The translations under genes and the position numbers were made by a program. Shown here piece by piece: positions 59,478-64,000 of a stretch of DNA of 64,000 nucleotides. The stretch is from Penicillus capitatus. Its lineage: Eukaryota; Plantae; Chlorophyta. The notes under the pieces were generated by a model. The model saw only the letters and a program-made list of their open reading frames with translations, was not told the origin of the DNA and did no database searches. Each line of letters starts with the position of its first letter. Position 1 is the first letter of the stretch. The stretch lies in contig OZ287707.1 in assembly GCA_965649825.1 (NCBI GenBank), positions 550,292-614,291 of the forward strand. Direction: 5' to 3'.

Positions 59478-60647
59478 ATGGCTCTGCGTGCTGTCAGCTT
59501 TGTTACGTGGTGTGTTGTGTTGTGCCTAACGGTGCCCACTGTTTTGGCCCGTCGTCCTATACAACTCAAGGATGAACAGCAGGAGAATTTTCTGGGTACG
59601 TCGTCACGAAGCCACAACGATGCGTTTTTTCTCTTCCTTCCGCTCACGATCGCGCGTTCCTCTACCTCGCCATGCCTTTTTTCGCATCTCCCACCGTTTC
59701 TCTTCTCTCTCGCCTTGTACGTCACATCCGTCTTCGCGTTTGTCGAAAACGGTCTGTGCATGGTTGCTGTGCAAACTGGAGTAGAAGAACACTCTTTTCC
59801 ATAGTGAACGTCTGATATGTTTGCGCATTAGGTATCAAAACCACATGTTTCATTTGTAAGGCCTTCTACGAGCAATTCGGCTTGATCTGCGAACAGGCTG
59901 GTTTTCGAGGACTCACTTGGTCAGATCTTTCCTATCCAGTACACATCCTGAACCCTCGGCTTCGTCTAATGCCTTTGCAGCTGTGCACAGATTTGGAGAT
60001 TCCGCCTCCATTTCCAGCCATCTGTTCACATGCAGTCAATGGAAGTAGGGCTATCCCTGTTCATCAACAGCGCGTCCCTTCAACACTGTTCTTTTCGTAG
60101 CTGTGTTCAGTGCCCGCGTGTTGATTACCACTGGCGAGCTGATAGACACCATTTGCCTGTTGAATCCATTGTGCATTCCGCCGAGCGTGCGTGAGAAACA
60201 GACTTTCTTATCTATGACAACGATCACGAAATGCACAACCTGTAATGTGAGGAATCGTGACGCGATTTTTCTATCCTTCTCTTGACCGTTTGTTGCAGGA
60301 ATTGCAAAGGCAGGTTGTGCCATCCGAATCCTTGATTGTTGGAAATCTCCAGGTCATGGAAACGATTAACCGTTTTTGTGACCTTCTCGTCAAAGAGAAC
60401 GTTATCCATGCGAACGATGCGGGATCCTGCAAGAGACATCTCATACGCGGCGCCCAAGAAGTACAGGCAGTCGATCACACTTTGTCTGTTCTCACTTAGC
60501 CTTGGTCTACAGGAGAAAGGGACGATCAATACCGACCAACTCGTTCTGACACCTCTCGATATGTGTCCATACGTTAACTTGTGTCCCAAAGACACTTCGA
60601 TGGGTTTGAGTAGCGCCAAGCGCCCTACAGTTCTATCAGCGAGTTGA
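59478..60647 (+). CDS. secreted double saposin-B-like protein (gene 1)
   Basis: Signal peptide MALRAVSFVTWCVVLCLTVPTVLA. The spliced Cys patterns are CFIC..LC..IC..ICLLNPLC and CTTC..FC..SC..MCPYVNLC. Confidence 0.7.
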
Positions 60648-60953
60648 TCACTAGATGATCAAATGTTGCATGCAAGAGTTCATGCATCCGGGGACGGAAA
60701 GTTTGCTCCTCAATACAGTCCGTCCGTTTCGATGAATTCCACGTTTCAAACAATTAGACAAATGTCAAACTGTCAAGCTGCTTCACGTTTTTGTCTTTGT
60801 CCCTTGTTTTTTGGCACAGGAGCAAAACGTTCATGCGTTATGAGTCGACGACGTGACGTGTGCATTCTGAGATGCCGTCGCCTTCAACCGTTCCTGACAA
60901 TATTCCGGCGCCGTCATCTCTGCTCGGCTTGTCGATAATTCTCAGGGGAATGC

Positions 60954-63387
60954 ATGATGCTGCGTCCGGCGAAGTGCACTTTGGCTGTCGTCTTGTTATG
61001 CATCGTTCTCCCCATAACAACGGCGAAGGAAGGAAAAAAGCAGCCAAAGGCGGCCAAAGGTAACAGGAAGGACGAGCCATTTGGAACGAAGGGGACATCT
61101 TAAACACCCCTCCGCTCTCTAACTCGCCTAAGAACGCGCAATTTTGTTAATGGTTTTGCGAATCGACCATTGGTACTGCGATCGTAGAGAGATTTGAACC
61201 CTGCGACTACTGCTATGCCCTGTTCAAACTGCAAGCGGAAACACGAGTGGATCTGAAAGGCAATTCATCGGCAGAGGATATACCGGGAAAAGTGTCCATC
61301 CCTTTCGATGTCTGACACGCTGCTCGTGACTCCCGTACTGATGGGCGTTCTGTAGCCGTGCGCACCGTTCGAGAAGAGATCCCAGAAACAGTGCATCGAC
61401 TTTGCAGCTGCCTATGGTGAGAAATAATGCCGATAATGTCCAGAGTGAAAAAGGGGTCATGTGTCAGCTCCCGTGTGGTTGGCGCAGATGTCACATGGTT
61501 ATGATTTTGCGGAAGAGTACTGTCAAGAAATCCTCGTTTGTAAGGCAACCCGATTTCATCGCCCTTTTTACACATCTCAAGGATTCTGCAATAAATGCAA
61601 GGCGAGACAGAGCAACCATTCATCAGATGTGGTCGGACAAACACAGTGTCCACTCTGTTCTTAGGAAGTGGCCAGTGCAGCGCTTTTCGTTTCCTCGGAC
61701 GCTTCAGATGATGTACTGCAAGATGCCATCGCTATCTTCATGTGCAAAACGCTCAAAATGGAAGGCTTTGGAGACAGTCCCTGCATCGCTGACATGCTTA
61801 AGGCATTCAGGGAGGTAAACTTCATTGTTTGCTCCCATAAGACGTCATGCAGTCTGATGAATGATCCAGGTACCTGCAAAAAGGCCGACAAAGGATTTGA
61901 AGCCAGGAGAGATCTGTCGAATGTTTGGAACATGTGAGACTTACGCAAAATGGTATCCTTCTAGACCCTCTGCTGGTTACTTCCACGAAGTTTCCGTCGC
62001 TGAAAGAAAAAGGATCAAGGCTGCGCCATACGGTCCACATGTGGAGGAGAGAGAACGGACGATTTCGATCCCAGCAATCCCGCAGACTGAGTATCGAGAA
62101 ACACACTACGTGAAGACACGTGCAGGCTATGCGCTCCCAATGTTCAAAACGGGGAAATTTCCCGAGTGGTACAAACCGTTGTTACCACCACAGGCGAAGC
62201 CGGAGAAAAAGAAGCACCAAAAGAGATGTACATCAAAGAAGAAGAAAGGATGTGGAAGAAAGAAAGGCCCGAAGAAGCATGAGAAAGCTAAAACAGAGCC
62301 AAGTCCACTACCAAGTTCAACTCTAACGGCGGAATCCAAAATAGAAACGACAACACTTCCAACAGTCGAGGTGCCGTCCGAGTCGCCCGAGATCGAGGTG
62401 GAGCCGTCCGAGTCGCCCGAGATCGAGGTGGAGCCGTCCGAGTCGCCCGAGATCGAGGTGGAGCCGTCCGAGTCGCCCGAGATCGAGGTGGAGCCGTCCG
62501 AGTCGCCCGAGATCGAGGTGGAGCCGTCCGAGTCGCCCGAGATCGAGGTGGAGCCGTCCGAGTCGCCCGAGATCGAGGTGGAGCCGTCCGAGTCGCCCGA
62601 GATCGAGGTGGAGCCGTCCGAGTCGCCCGAGATCGAGGTGGAGCCGTCCGAGTCGCCCGAGATAGTGGTGGAGCCGTCCGAGTCGCCCGAGATAGTGGTG
62701 GAGCCGTCCGAGTCGCCCGAGATAGTGGTGGAGCCGTCCGAGTCGCCCGAGATAGTGGTGGAGCCGTCCGAGTCGCCCGAGATAGTGGTGGAGCCGTCCG
62801 AGTCGCCCGAGATAGTGGTGGAGCCGTCCGAGTCGCCCGAGATAGTGGTGGAGACGTCCGAGTCGCCGGCCACAAAGCCAGTCGTTCCTTCGCCGCGCGA
62901 ACAGAAAAGAGAGAAACTTCATGCAGTGGCGGAGAAACAACGCCGCAGTGAAGTTCCACGGGTGATTCTCGAACCTCATGAACGTACAGTGTCGCTTCCT
63001 ATTATCAGCGAGCCATCTCAGATCTCACCCGAAAGAGAAAGCGACGAGCATGAATTGGACCACGACAATTACGATGGCCCCGATGGCGATCTGGATAAAG
63101 GGAAAGCCGAGACAGGATTGCACAATACACCAGTCATTGGAGACTTGGAGACACAACACCTTCACGATTTCCTCATCTTAAGATCCGGTTCAGCCGATCA
63201 GGCCGAACTCATCCCCCTTCAGATGAAAAGGCAGAGCAGAACTTCCAGACAAAACTCCGATTTCATACGCTTCGGTCGCTTTTCTCGGACAGGAGAGAAA
63301 ATGGGTGCCATGCAGGCGGCAACAGCAATGCGGTTCGATGGCCGTTCAGAAGTCGAGGCAGAAGAAGAAATCTCTGTTGCAGTCTAG
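60954..63387 (+). CDS. secreted double saposin-B-like protein with basic and acidic repeat tail (gene 2)
   Basis: Signal peptide MMLRPAKCTLAVVLLCIVLPITTA. Cys patterns CDYC..PC..QC..YCQEILVC and CNKC..MC..PC..ICRMFGTC, then a K-rich block and about 16 copies of EPSESPEI(E/V)V. Confidence 0.7.
61602..61664 (+). other. probable GC-AG intron in saposin gene 2
   Basis: AAG|GCGAGA...TTAG|GAA gives the saposin-typical CNKCK-EVA. A 36-nt GT alternative exists but inserts 9 residues. Confidence 0.6.
62371..62868 (+). repeat. coding 30-bp tandem repeat, 16 units plus a partial unit
   Basis: GAGCCGTCCGAGTCGCCCGAGATCGAGGTG x9 (the first starts GTG), then GAGCCGTCCGAGTCGCCCGAGATAGTGGTG x7, then a partial unit. 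Confidence 0.98.
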
Positions 63388-64000
63388 AAAAAGGATTACT
63401 CGCTGAAACGCAGTGTCACAAAAAAAGCCCAACATTCCCTTTTACCTGTCCTAACAGTATGAGATCTTTTATTTCTCACAAGCAGCTTATTCACGATGCG
63501 TTAAAGTCCGCGCAAGAGCGCTATACGATTCACGAGATAATCGGTCTTTTCGTGGATGACGTATTCGCCAGTGAATCAGGGGCAGGAGTGTACTTTTGCT
63601 GTCTTTGTTATATGACAGGCGTCGCTTGATGTCATTTCCACGTCATATCGAACGGCAAAAATGGAAGAAAGCGTTATGTATGCCTGTGTGAATCCGTTTC
63701 CGCCAATGCCCCGCCCGTCTACGGAGCAGGATATGCACAAGGGCGCCGAGATCTCAACTTAGTCGTCTTCCCGTGACAAACGCACAGAACAGCTTGCGGC
63801 GTAACGTCGGCATTTCTGAAAGTCGTCGGTCGTCTCAAATCGTCGCTCACGTCTGATCGTCGCATAATGAAATGGCAGTCGGTTGTTGTTCAATGGACTC
63901 GTGTAGTGCACAAATCCATCGAGACAAAACGCAAAGATAATCGGTGTTTCGCCATGGACGCAGGAATCTATGCTTCGCCTAATGCTTTAACAAAATACAC

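Noticed and set aside
62371-62868. CRISPR-like array
   Set aside because: The units are contiguous with no unique spacers, are in frame in a CDS, and there are no cas genes.
62127-62979. Three long repetitive minus-strand ORFs (SGDSDG, RATRTAPP, LGRLGRL)
   Set aside because: They are stop-free shadows of the 30-bp repeat. Only the plus frame links to a signal peptide and domains.
290-63387. Non-standard genetic code (TAA/TAG = Gln, as in some ulvophytes)
   Set aside because: Conserved genes end at TAA/TAG, and in-frame stops within genes are explained by introns.

Overview
This is nuclear DNA from an extremely compact, intron-rich photosynthetic eukaryote. It is most likely a flagellate-stage green alga (Chlorophyta), inferred from plastid-targeted SCY1/SCY2, a flavodiiron FLVB, enkurin, vasohibin and TGTAA motifs near stops; the exact lineage cannot be fixed from the sequence. 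I can reconstruct about 35 protein-coding genes. Most are split by very short spliceosomal introns (mostly 45-60 nt), which is why the ORF track is fragmented, and many intergenic gaps are only 20-70 nt. I found no rRNA, tRNA, CRISPR array or transposon. The most interesting signals are: (1) a 2H-phosphoesterase + DUF1771 + Smr fusion, a possible cut-and-heal ribosome-surveillance nuclease; (2) an apparently dead torsin-like AAA+ membrane protein resembling the animal activators LAP1/LULL1; (3) two tandem secreted double-saposin genes, one with a recently expanded acidic 30-bp repeat; (4) at least 5 GC-AG introns; (5) same-strand gene spacers of 52-68 nt and head-to-head spacers of 29-62 nt, suggesting polycistronic or overlapping transcription; (6) an eIF4E with Tyr at the cap-stacking W56 position. 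All exon boundaries were inferred by eye, and family assignments come from remembered motifs, not database searches.
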